A DNA stretch of 63,558 nucleotides, filler included, from Phoronis australis (Eukaryota; Animalia; Phoronida): assembly GCA_002633005.1 (NCBI GenBank). It is 9 parts of 9 records of this genome, joined end to end, with 100 filler letters (N's around TTAATTAATTAA, not from the genome) between each part and the next. Parts side by side here need not be neighbours in the genome. Positions count along the whole stretch, not along the records: positions 47,938 to 51,814 come from NMRA01000419.1; positions 51,915 to 61,404 come from NMRA01001817.1; 7 more parts are not named here. One strand, 5' to 3'. Every line of letters starts with the position of its first letter. The stretch's first letter is position 1. Of this stretch, positions 49,126 to 60,460 are shown piece after piece. A program made the position numbers and the translations under genes. Under the pieces are notes generated by a model. The model searched no databases. It was not told where the DNA came from and saw nothing but the letters and a program-made list of their open reading frames with translations.

Positions 49126-51738
49126 CTCTTTCACCACCAACTAACTCACCAGCCTTAATGCCCTGAACACCAAGTAACTTTGGGGAAATATACAAAATGT
49201 AAGTGCCTTTCTTTAAAACTCTGCTGTGCACTCATTTTTTGGTGGAATTTAATGAGTGACCCATCAGATTGAAGGGTTTGAAATGTACTTTATTGTGGGT
49301 GACCTACCTTGGACAAAACTTCATCTGGACAGGTGTGACAGGTGAGTATAATCAGGTAAGATGCATTTTTATGGTATTTTAGTACCTATTTTATGTGACT
49401 TGGAAATAAAAAATACATTGACATTGTTTTAATCATGTCTTATTTGTTTACCAACAATGTCACACTACAATGACCATTTAACATAAATCAGCTAGGTAAT
49501 TACAGGTAAATTTCTCAGTCGCTAAAATGCCACGTAAATGTAGACTCCAAGTACAGTTCGCATGCATGCATATAAAGTTAAGAAATACATCTAGGTTAAT
49601 TTAATACATCATCTACATATTCCTAACCTGCTTATGAACATGTTACCTGCTTGCTAAGAAATTTACCTGTAATTATTGCCAATAGTACACCTTTTCGTGA
49701 TAATCTCGATAACAGTTTGTGCCTGCCTTACAACACAGTGCGACATTACATTTTCCACAAGCCATAGATGTTTTTGTTCTTTTGAAGGGGTTGTCTTTTG
49801 TTGAAACACCTGGGTGCCCTGTTTTGTAATTGTTATGTTTTCTCAAACACACAACACAAAGTTTGTCATTGCTACCACTCGCAGTTGGTAAGTGCGATAT
49901 GTTGTCCAGTCTCCACTCTGTCACAGCATCCCCTGAACCAGCTGACCGAGGGCGCTTGAAGGGCCTCTTAGCACGTACATTACCAATCAGGGAATGAGCT
50001 ACATCAAGTTTGAAAGACAACATATCCCTTTTTCGACCACATGCTGGATTTTGGTTGACGATGGTACCTTCTATTACAAAGGCATTGTACAAAGCGAGCG
50101 CCCTAAGCTTCATTTCTATTTTGCGGTACCATCGTAGGGATTTTTTTTCTTTGGACATTCTTGTCATTTGATCTAATCTGTCTAATCCCCCCATGTATTT
50201 AGAATAATCAACTTGAGCTGGGGTAGCAGACAGGCGTTCAACAGTACCATCTTTTTTTTTCCTTTCTGTAACAAGGCTAGGGTCCTCAGGGGCGTGGTAT
50301 GTGGACAAATAATACACAATTCTATTGTCCATCCAATATGATGCGACAGCAAAGTCACACATTCGCCAGTCAGATGCACCCCGAGGAAGTTTTTTGGCAT
50401 CTTTTGCTGGAACCACTAGATCTGTTGGGAAGCATTTGCGTGACGAACGAATGGTGCCGCACAGGTAGGTGTTCTGCTGATAAAGGTAGTCGGCGAGAGG
50501 TAGACTAGTGTAAAAATTGTCCGTGTATATTATGTGACCCTTCTGTTCCAAAGATTTGCAAAGTTCTATTACCACTTTAGATGACAGTCCAAATGTTTTG
50601 CTCACAACAGTGTCCTTTTTTCCCACATAAACTTCAAAGTTATAACAGTAAGCTGAAACAGCATCAGCAACGACCCATAGTTTGACGCCCCATTTCACTG
50701 GCTTATCTTTCATGTACTGCTTCATCCCAAGGCGACCTTTAAAAGGTATCATTGACTCATCCACAGTAACTTCTCGATGAGGTTGGTATTCTGACAAGAA
50801 TTTTTCTCTAATGTAGTCTACCATAAAACGAACCTTATGAAGTTTATCATCATCATGTGGTTGGGAGTCGTCGCAAAAGTGCAGGTAACGTTTTATTTGC
50901 AAATAACGTGTTCGGGACATAATTTCTCCAAATTTGGACCCAACAAGCCAGTGATTGGTGTTATTACTCCAATAAAGTTCTTCACGATCAAACTTCATGA
51001 TGTCCATCAAAACTTGCAATCCATAAAAACTTTTCAACTCGTCCCTTACAAGTTCCGACCAGTCACCTTTGTGGGAGTCGGGGTGTTCTCGTAGCTTCGT
51101 CTGCGCGTTCAAATTTGTGAGTTCAACAACTTTATCAAACAGATCGTCTGTATAGAACACTTGAAAATATTCTATTGCTCGTGTGCTGCCATCATATACA
51201 CGTGTAGGGCCAACAAACTCCCTAAATTCGTGAATTTGCCTAGGATTTTCCGACTTGACCCAATTTTCAAACACGCGGCCACGGTAAGTCTCTTCGGCAT
51301 CGAATCCCTCGAAATCAAAATCGCCGATGTCCTCATTATCTTCGAAATGTTCATTCCAAAACCTTTCTACATCTTCTTGTTCTTGTCTGGTTAGCTCAAG
51401 TAGATTAAAAACTCCGATATTATCCAAAGTTTCATCGTCAGATGACTCGTACTCGGACACGCTGTCGGACATTTTGTTTGTTTTGATCTCATTTCTGTTC
51501 TTGGAAAATACCCCTATTTATAAACGTCACTTTCACTCGACGAATCAAAAATGTTCTTAGAATTATAAGTACAAAGCATGCAAATTTCGATGACATCACA
51601 TGGAATTCCCTCTTTTCAACCAATCGGATCATTTCTTAGTTAGAAGTTTAGGACTACCGGAGACCGATTTAGCGGGCTGTGGTGTGGAACGGAGGTAAGG
51701 TTCTCAGACCGATTTTCCGGTCTGCGGTGTTGAAAGGG
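49126..51738 (-). mobile_element. Full-length piggyBac transposon (2613 bp)
   Basis: TTAA on both sides (49122-49125 and 51739-51742). TIRs CTCTTTCACCACC / GGTGTTGAAAGGG are 11/13 complementary. It contains a single transposase ORF. Confidence 0.92.
49673..51472 (-). CDS. piggyBac transposase (PGBD4-like), 599 aa, uninterrupted
   Basis: Acidic N-terminus; DDD triad contexts VTVDESMIPFKGR, IYTDNFYTS and YMGGLDRLDQM; KPVKWGVKLW; C-terminal Cys-rich domain CVVC...CGKCNVALC...CYRDYH. Confidence 0.96.
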   Translation of the reverse strand: MSDSVSEYESSDDETLDNIGVFNLLELTRQEQEDVERFWNEHFEDNEDIGDFDFEGFDAEETYRGRVFENWVKSENPRQIHEFREFVGPTRVYDGSTRAIEYFQVFYTDDLFDKVVELTNLNAQTKLREHPDSHKGDWSELVRDELKSFYGLQVLMDIMKFDREELYWSNNTNHWLVGSKFGEIMSRTRYLQIKRYLHFCDDSQPHDDDKLHKVRFMVDYIREKFLSEYQPHREVTVDESMIPFKGRLGMKQYMKDKPVKWGVKLWVVADAVSAYCYNFEVYVGKKDTVVSKTFGLSSKVVIELCKSLEQKGHIIYTDNFYTSLPLADYLYQQNTYLCGTIRSSRKCFPTDLVVPAKDAKKLPRGASDWRMCDFAVASYWMDNRIVYYLSTYHAPEDPSLVTERKKKDGTVERLSATPAQVDYSKYMGGLDRLDQMTRMSKEKKSLRWYRKIEMKLRALALYNAFVIEGTIVNQNPACGRKRDMLSFKLDVAHSLIGNVRAKRPFKRPRSAGSGDAVTEWRLDNISHLPTASGSNDKLCVVCLRKHNNYKTGHPGVSTKDNPFKRTKTSMACGKCNVALCCKAGTNCYRDYHEKVYYWQ

Positions 51739-54152
51739 TTAAACATGTCCTTCAAGGAATTATCTCAGTGCATTGTAAAAATAACTGATTTTTCTATAGC
51801 CCGGAATTCTTTGTNNNNNNNNNNNNNNNNNNNNNNNNNNNNNNNNNNNNNNNNNNNNTTAATTAATTAANNNNNNNNNNNNNNNNNNNNNNNNNNNNNN
51901 NNNNNNNNNNNNNNAATATTGAAGGACGTGAAGCTTTAATAATATTGGCCAAGATTGAGCAATAATGGTCAACATGAACAGGAAGACATACACTACAGAG
52001 AGAAAAATTTAGTGAGTATGGATTATTCAAGCATGTCTAATTTAATGTCGTACACTTCAAAACAATGGGGTCCAATGGATCCTAATTTCAAGTGTTCGAG
52101 GTTCATTATTCCCTCACAACAAAACGATATGTAGGCTTACACTAGTTGTCAATTCTCTTGACAACTCTGTAGGCTTCTTGGCCGGAGGCATGACACACAA
52201 GTGCCGATCCTTTTCACTATTGTTCGATTGCGACACTAAACCAGACAACTATCATGACTACAATAGGATCTGCTTCTCACATTAAAAACTTCTCTTCCGC
52301 TAATTTCAAGACATAACGTGGCATCCCGCATTACATGTGCAGTGAAATGGCAATTGCTCATATTAATAGTCACGAAAGCCGATAAAACGAACAATTCACA
52401 TGGGCCACTCACTGCTTAAGTTGTAGCGAACGCTGTGTTGATTTTAGTGTTCAACCCAGGTTGAGCTTTTGTGTTATTCATCCATGAAGAAGGTGCATGT
52501 TGAGATAATATGTGCGTTATCTTGGACAGTAGAAGAACTGTTACACATGATTAGGTAAGACACCTATCTTTTGGTCGAAAATCTCCAATCCCGGGACGAA
52601 AATTAACGTCAGGCACCACATGCCTTGAAAGCCTTGGATCACGAGTTGTTGATATGGGTTCGCCGGTGACAGCGGGTAAGCGCAGATGCCAGAACCAGAC
52701 TAATCGTTTGAAACAAACAAGTTACGCCACTGTCCAATGTTTCTGCCACTCTGTCACTCATGTAGAATTTACCGCCATCGCTCACTTGAAGCAGATATAA
52801 ACCACTTTTAAAAATAAAAGTGAAAGCAAAATTTGTGGACATATGACAGACCGGCAAGAGCAATTTTTCATAAATTCTTTTTGAGTTATTTATCGACTGT
52901 TAAAATGAAAAGAGTTGCCGCCACTTCTACTTTCAAAATGCCAAGTAGTATAGTTGCTAAAAAATGAAAACGAAGTCAAGCATTTTAAACTTCATTTGGC
53001 TTGTATAATACAACTTTTCGAATGTATAGTAACGACCTATACTCACAAAAATGAAAAAAAATAGATTATAAATCAGTTTTTGAAAATATTTCGGAGTCAT
53101 CTTTTGATGCTCAAAAGGTTGTGTTGTGGGACGGGCTCTCTCCCGTTAGCGCGAGTCACTATTCATATTCTGATGTCCATTGTGACGTCTAATTGAAGAT
53201 ATTTGTTGGCTAGTCATTGGTAGGCAAATATCTATGAGGGTTCTCTGGAGACCTCGTGGTTTGAGGGAGTCTTCGGTAGGAGTTTGTGAAGTGTGGTTGT
53301 ATCGTTGGTATAAGTACAATTTAGGATTAAACTGCAGTCGCTCGTCTTATCATTTATTTGTGAAACGCGAACCCGTGAGAGTTGTTTGTAAAGCCTTGAT
53401 TACCGCTAAAACGTCATTAAAATTGTCACAGAAAGGTGAAACTCGCTTTGATTTAAAGTATAGGGATCTTTTTTCAAATACAAAATATTACATTGAGATT
53501 ACAGAAATTATGAGAATTGTTTGAAAACGAATTTTATTACTGAAACACAATAATCCTAAATCAGTTGGTCATTCACTAAACTGTGTGCGTTTCTAGGAGC
53601 ACCTGCACCGGTTGAATTAATGTTGAATGTATGGGTCCATGTACTTTCATTAATGACATTGTTGACGAGTAATGTTATTTTTTTAAATAAAAACAAATCA
53701 AACACCGTGTAACTGTATTTAGCTTGTAGAAAAGATCTGTTTCGAATACTGACGTCGTGACAAAATGTTTTGGCAAAAAACGAAAGGATAAAGAGGCGCG
53801 CTTTTTCGAAAAAAATAGTTATATATTTGATGTTCCAGTGGTTGTTAAGTTTTGGTTATTCAATTCAAAACAATACTGAACTGATCTTCAGACCCCAATC
53901 GCCCACTCCTTGGCTAGCGTCCCTAATCGTTACTTCATGTCTTCCAGTTATAGTTGTCCTTAGAGATGTCTTCATAGTGGAGGAACGCCGGTTAGAGACC
54001 GATTGACTTCAATGAGTGTGACCCAAAGTCATCTTGTCATTTGTTTATGGAAAACCAGAAAGTCCTTCAGGGCACGACCACTACATTCAACATAGCTCGT
54101 GGCGTACCCCGGGCAAAATAGATTACGATAAATTAATTTAACAGTGGATCTT

Positions 54153-54313
54153 CCTGGCGTGCGTTCAGTAACGCTAGGACCTACGCTAGGACCCAGCTAA
54201 AATCTAGCCAAAGTCACGTATTCTCGTTTAAAATACACGGCAATATCTCACGCAGCAATCTCCCAAAGTTTTGCTTTTTTGCGAGGTCCTTGCGTTATTG
54301 AACAGGAGGCTGG
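54153..54313. mobile_element. Small degenerate MITE with inverted termini
   Basis: GTTCAGTAACGCTAGGACCT near 54162 vs AGGTCCTTGCGTTATTGAAC near 54284-54303. Confidence 0.45.
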
Positions 54314-54354
54314 CCTTGAGCTAAAGCCAGGATTTTGAGTAACGGGTAAACTGA

Positions 54355-54632
54355 CCAATCAGGACGTAGCATTCTTTACACACCTTCGTTTTCAAGCTGC
54401 CATTTTACCCGAAAAACAACACATTGCCGGGTAAAACTGATTGTTTGTTTGTCTACATTTCGCAAGGGGCGGAGCTCACGATATGTCAATTATCCACACT
54501 TCTACAAAACCTTAACCATCCTGACTACATACCATTTGATTACACGAGGCAACTCACGTAAGCCAACTTGCGACCGACAAGGTGATTTCAGAGGAAAAAG
54601 CCGTAATATACCTCAGTGACCAGCTGGTAAGT
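54355..54632 (+). promoter_or_regulatory. Putative promoter and non-coding exon 1 of the cystine-knot gene
   Basis: CCAAT box at 54355, GC box GGGGCGGAGC at 54466-54475 and consensus donor CTG|GTAAGT at 54626/54627. A matching acceptor TATTTTCAG ends at 55441, three bases before the ATG. Confidence 0.45.
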
Positions 54633-54634
54633 TT

Positions 54635-54790
54635 CAGTGGAGGATCTAGGATATCATGAGGGGGGACCAACATGTTGTCTGGGGCAACAGCGAAAAGCAC
54701 GATTGCATGCCCGCAACCAAGGGGGGTGGCTCGAACTTTCGGGTAAGCGGAGATTCTGCTATCATTCGGAAGACTAAAAACAATGGGAAA
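54635..54790 (+). mobile_element. Partial CAGTGGCGGAT-family MITE
   Basis: CAGTGGAGGATCTAGGATATCATGAGGGGGGACCAACATGTTGTC matches the copies at 60468 and 23297(-). The right boundary is approximate. Confidence 0.55.
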
Positions 54791-55444
54791 CCCTCAACAC
54801 ATCGATGTTGCTTCTGCCTCAGGTTAATTACCGGCGTCAGTTAATATTTCAATATTTCGTCACGCTCTTGCTGATTTATTTTCTTCTGCGGCAGCCATAA
54901 CAATGGAGGCTCAAAGTTGAAGTAAAAATGTCACTTTCTTATTTCACAGCCATCACAGTTTAGTTAGTGTCACACTTTTTTGGGCCGAAACACATTTTTG
55001 GAATTATTGTGGGTAAAATGTTATAAACCTTGACGAAACAATAGAACGAAAGATGTTTCAGTGATTTTAATGCAAATCGGCAATTCTCGAAATTGCTTGC
55101 CAGCCAGTCACTAATATCCATGCCAATTAAACAGGTTCATTTTTCAAAAAACGAATTTGATTGAGGACACTTTAAACAATAAAATCTGTCTCGAATTGTT
55201 TCTTCGTCAAATTGGAGACGACTTCGGGCCTTCAGTCAAATGAATGACTGTTTGTTATTTCTTCAAACCAAGCTCATAAAATTTGAAACTTTTCATTAGC
55301 TAAGTCCGAAAAAATAATGAAGTTCCATTTCTGCTAGAGCCCAGAAATTACTTCCAAAATGTACAGGGGACAAACGAATATGACCTAATTTTATAATGGC
55401 GTCTCGTCTGTGTAATGCCTAATACGCTGGCGTATTTTCAGAAT

Positions 55445-56008
55445 ATGGATGTTCAACGATGTATTGTATTTCAAGTGATGATCTTCGCATCTTGTGCTGC
55501 ACTTGACATCAACATTAATCAGAGATCTTTATCACTTCTTGTCCCATATTGCGGGACTGAGAGGTCACGTGCCAAGCGCGAGGGGCAAGAAAATCAAAGA
55601 TTCGATCGTAAACTACACAATTCTGACGTACAAACTCAAATGAATACTTCAACCAGAAGTAAATCTACCATCCCAATGGCTGTTTTTGGCACCACCAATA
55701 CTTCTAACTCCAGCCATTCCATTCGCCCCAAAAGACAACCCTTACAGACAAGAGGATGTCGATTTATTGATGGTTCTATGTTTATGGGACATTGGAGCTT
55801 CCCTGCATCTATCCAGAACGGAATGTGTACAGGACGCTGTGGTTTGTCATCGCTAGATTGTCTACCCATACAGTACAGACAAAGAGTTATGACTTTATCT
55901 CCAGATACTTGCATCCCACGAAACGCATCGTGGTCTATCGAGTACGAATTACACTGGACCACACAGCACATCTGGGTAACTGTTGGATGTCAGTGCCGCT
56001 TTCGATGA
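55445..56008 (+). CDS. Secreted cystine-knot growth factor/hormone precursor, trunk/PTTH/noggin-like (187 aa; in-frame upstream ATG at 55415)
   Basis: Hydrophobic leader (CIVFQVMIFASCAA), furin-type sites RAKR and RPKR, and a 90-aa C-terminal domain with 7 Cys: GC...FP...CTGRC...CLP...TCI...W......VTVGCQC. AATAAA lies at 56256-56261. Confidence 0.8.
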   Translation: MDVQRCIVFQVMIFASCAALDININQRSLSLLVPYCGTERSRAKREGQENQRFDRKLHNSDVQTQMNTSTRSKSTIPMAVFGTTNTSNSSHSIRPKRQPLQTRGCRFIDGSMFMGHWSFPASIQNGMCTGRCGLSSLDCLPIQYRQRVMTLSPDTCIPRNASWSIEYELHWTTQHIWVTVGCQCRFR

Positions 56009-56395
56009 CGACTCCCGTTAGACGCGCGCAGCAGCTTGTCCTTAGTCTAACAGTACATATTTCGAAGTTATCTTGTTCAGTTCCTTCTGTAGACCGTATG
56101 CTGTGATACTTTCAATTGTATTTAGTTACCACACTTTCATACCACAGTCCTATAAATATCAGCATGGCTGTGCGTTGTGACTTGATATTTTGAATTGAAT
56201 TTTGTTACCACATTTTCACCCCACGTTGTCCAGGTATGAGTATGCTATGCTTTGAAATAAAATTGTAAACGCATATCAAGTTTTACATTACGCTGGGGGT
56301 TCTAAAATTTTCACTGAGACTCCGAGGCCTTTTAAATCCGTTACTGGCAGGTTGTTGAACATCACGACGACCGGGCCAGGAATCACTTTAACATA

Positions 56396-58000
56396 TTTTT
56401 ATGCGCCCACATATTTATATGTGGACGCATTAGCCTATGCCATCATCTGCGTCCGTCCGGCGTCCGACCTCCGCTGGTCTATCTCCAAGACGCACGTTCA
56501 GTGAAAAATTGCACATATGTTCCCTTTATGAATGGGACGGCATTAGCGAACTTTCGGACGGACCCGACTACCGATGTGGCACCTAGTGGCAATTTTAGTT
56601 ACGTTTACCTCTGTAGACCTATCTTCAAAGGACCTCAACGTATTTTCATAAAATTTGGCATATAAGGCATCTATTAGCGTGATGACACTATCATCCCCTT
56701 GTCGGATGGATTCGACGTAGTTTGCGCCACCAAGTGGCCCATGGCTTTATCTCCTAAACCGTTTGCAGGATCTTTACTAGTAAATTTAGCAAGTGTATTT
56801 ATATGATGTTGACTACGGATGACGACAACTTTCGGACGAATCTGATAACAATTGTGCCCTCTAGAGGCAGTTTTAGTTTTTTACGTTCACCTATGTATCT
56901 TCAAAGGTCCTCTACGTAGGCTATTTTCATAAAATTTGGCTTATAGGCATCTATATCTATTAGAGAGATTACGTTATCCTCCCGTTTTCGGATGGATTCG
57001 ACGTAGTTTGCGCCACCTAGTGGACTTTTTACTGTTGTCGAGTCTGTTTTTTGGCATTCACCCCTCTATCAACCAAACCGTTCTAAGGATGATTGTTGAA
57101 ATTGGCATGTATATTCTTACTACGAAAAGGACGGCTGACGATGATTTTCCGATGGCTTCGAGTACTGTGGCGCCTCCTAATAGCAGTTTTGTGTTTTTGC
57201 GCCTATGGCTCAGTATTTCCTAAAAGGATGACAGGATCTTTACCACATTTAGGAAGTGTATTTATATGATGTTGACAACGGATGACGACAACTTTCGGAC
57301 AGATCTGACTACCGGTGTGCCCCCTTGTGGCAATTTTATTTTTCTAGGTTCACCTATGTATCTTCAAAGGTCCTCAACAGATTTTCAGAAAATTTGGAAT
57401 ATAAGCATCTATTGATGCTATCCTCACATTTTCGGATGGAATCTAGGTACTTTGTGCCACCTAGTGGCCACTTTTGCTGTTTTCGAGTCTATTTTTGGGC
57501 GTCCACCCGTCGATCAACCAAACCATTCTAAGGATGATTTTTGAAATTGGTGGACATAATCTCAGTGTGAAGAGGACGGTTGACAATAACGACTTCGACT
57601 GCTGTGGCCCTCTTAGTGGTAGTTTTGTTTTGTTCTGCGCCCATAGCTGTATCTCCTAAACACACTGCAGGATTTTTATTGAATTTAGTAGTTGTATTTA
57701 TCTGAAGCTAACAACAGACGACGACGTCTTTCAGGCAGATCTAATGAAGGCTGTGCCCCATAGTGCCAATTTCATTTTTTCCGTTTTCCTCTGTTGCTCT
57801 GAAGTTCCAAGACAGATTTTTATGAAATTTCGTCAATAGCTTTATGTTAAAGAAGGGATGGCATATTGTCGTTCTCAGGTGGATTGAACGTTTTTGCGCC
57901 ATCTAGTGGCCATTGTTATGAAACAAATAAACAGTCCTAGAAGCACACGGTTTGCAGTGTATTCGTGGGCGCATTTCCACGCTCCGCGTTGCTCTTGTTT
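56396..58000 (+). mobile_element. Complete Helentron-associated non-autonomous element (HINE/DINE-1-like) with an internal satellite-like array
   Basis: T-rich flanks; 5' ATGCGCCCAC (56401-56410) with a nearby partial inverted copy GTGGACGCAT; GTCC microsatellite; diverged tandem units containing CCTAGTGGC; 3' GTGGGCGCAT (57965-57974, the perfect inverse of the 5' motif); ACGC-TCC-GCGT stem-loop before CTTGTTT. Confidence 0.7.
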
Positions 58001-60460
58001 AAATGTTTTGTTGATTTGCCACCGACACCATGCACAGATGGGAGAGCGCCAGTGTATTGTGACACATAAATCATCCACGACTTTTCACTGATTTCATATT
58101 TTACTGTTTATTCATCCGTTAGATACAATATTATGACGCAAGTTGTTAGCTTTCTTAAACAAACACAATACCACTCACTCATGAAACCTCCCAAGAAGTT
58201 CAGAAAATAAAAGATCCATAGGATATTCGCATTTTTTGTAGGATTCCTTAACCTCCGGCGATGTAAGTATAATATTTAATTCAATACAAATGAGTCTCAG
58301 TGAAAACTTGCCTAACAGTTCATTTAAGGGGTGAACATGTAAAACGGGCAGGGATTTCACTCTCGCACACGCACACACACACACTCGTTCACACACTTCA
58401 TCATTCAATAGAAATAACACTAACCAGTATATGAATTCAATATATAACAGACTCTTGCATGACAGCATTGAGGCTCTCCCACAATCTAATTTTTGAAATT
58501 AAATTATTTACTTTTCACATATTTGAACATGATTAACTTAAAATCAGACCAGTCTGGAGGCAACTGTTGTTGGTTACGTAAATAAATAAGTTATTGAGTG
58601 GGTGACAGTGATAACACTGGCAGGGATAATTCCGGAAAACCCAAATGGCAAAACCTCAGTTGTCTTGACAACGACGACGATGACTTTAAGACGGATCCAA
58701 CCACCGGCGTTCCCCCCAGTGGCAATTCCATTTTTACGTTCCCTCTCATTTTCTGAAGTTAATTGACGTGTTTATATGTGGACGCATGATGCCGTCATCC
58801 CCGTTCGTCCGGTGTCCGCTGCTCTATTTCCAAAACCCTTTGGCGCACATTCATGAAATTTTGCACACATGTTCTTTTGATAGATGGGACGGCATGAGCG
58901 AACTGTCTGGTAGTGGCAATTTTATTTTTTATGTTTACCTCTGTATCTTTGAAGGTCCTTAACGAATTTTCATAAAATTTGGCATACAGGCATCTATGTT
59001 AGTGAGGTGACGCTAGCTTCCCGTTTTGGAGTAGATTCGAGGTAGATATGATGCTATCCTCTCAGTCGGGTGGAATTGAGGTACTTTGCGCCACTTAGTG
59101 GTCATTTTTGCTGTTCCGAGTCTGTAGTATTTGGCGTCCACCCCTCGATCAAGCAAANATGGCATATTGTCGTTCTCAGGTGGATTGAACGTTTTTGCGC
59201 CATCTAGTGGCCATTGTTATGAAACAAATAAACAATCCTAGAAGCACACGGTTTGCAGTGTATTCGTGGGCGCATTTCCACGCTCCGCGTTGCTCTTGTT
59301 TAAATGTTTTGTTGATTTGCCACCGACACCATGCACAGATGGGAGAGCGCCAGTGTATTGTAACACATAAATCATCCACGACTTTTCACTGATTTCATAT
59401 TTTACTGTTTATTCATCCGTTAGATACAATATTATGACACAAGTTGTTAGCTTTGTTAAACAAACACAATACTACTCACTCATGAAACCTCCCAAGACGT
59501 TCTGAAAATAAAAGATCCATAGGATATTCGCATTTTTTGTAGGATTCCTTAACCTCCGGCGATGTAAGTATAATATTAAATTCAATACAAATGAGTCTCA
59601 GTGAAAACTTGCCTAACAGTTCATTTAAGGGGTGAACATGAAAAACGGGCAGGGATTTCACTCTCGCACACACACACACACTCACACACTCGTTCACACA
59701 CTTCATCATTCAATAGAAATAACACTAACCAGTATATGAATTCAATATATAACAGACTCTTGCATGACAGCATTGAGGCTCTCCCACATTCTAATTTTTG
59801 AAAATTAAATTGTTCACTTTTAACATATTTGAACATGATTAACTTAAAATCAGACCAGTCTGGAGGCAACTGCTGTTGGTTACGTAAATAAATAAGTTAT
59901 TGAATGGGTGACAGTGATAACAGGGATAATTCCGGAAAACCCAAATGGCAAAACCTCATTTGTCTTGACAACGACGACGATGACTTTAAGACGGATCCAA
60001 CCATTGGCGTCCCCCCAGTGCCAATTCCATTTTTACGTTCCCTCTGGTTTTCTGAAGTTAATTGACGTGTTTATATGTGGACGCATTATGCCGTCATCCC
60101 CGTTCGTCCCGTGTCCGGCGTCCGCTGCTCTATTTCCAAAACCCTTTGGCGTACGTTCATGAAATTTTGCACACATGTTCTTGTGATGGATGGGACGGCA
60201 TGAGCGAACTGCCTGGTAGTGGCAATTTTATTTTTACGTTTACCTCTGTATCTTCGAAGGTCCTTAACGTATTTTCATAAATTGGCATACAGGCATCTAT
60301 ACTAGTGAGGTGACGCTATCTTCCCGTTTTGGAGTAGATTCGAGGTAGAGATGATGCTATCCTCTCAGTCGGGTGGAATTGAGGTACTTTGCGCCACTTA
60401 GTGGTCATTTTTGCTGTTCCGAGTCTGTAGTATTTGGCGTCCACCCCTCGATCAAGCAAA
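57858..60460 (+). repeat. ~1.3-kb near-identical duplication (57858-59157 vs 59159-60460) joined at a single N
   Basis: Direct comparison of the two copies; N at 59158. The duplicated short ORFs in the track (e.g. MDDLCVTIHW twice) come from this. Confidence 0.9.
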
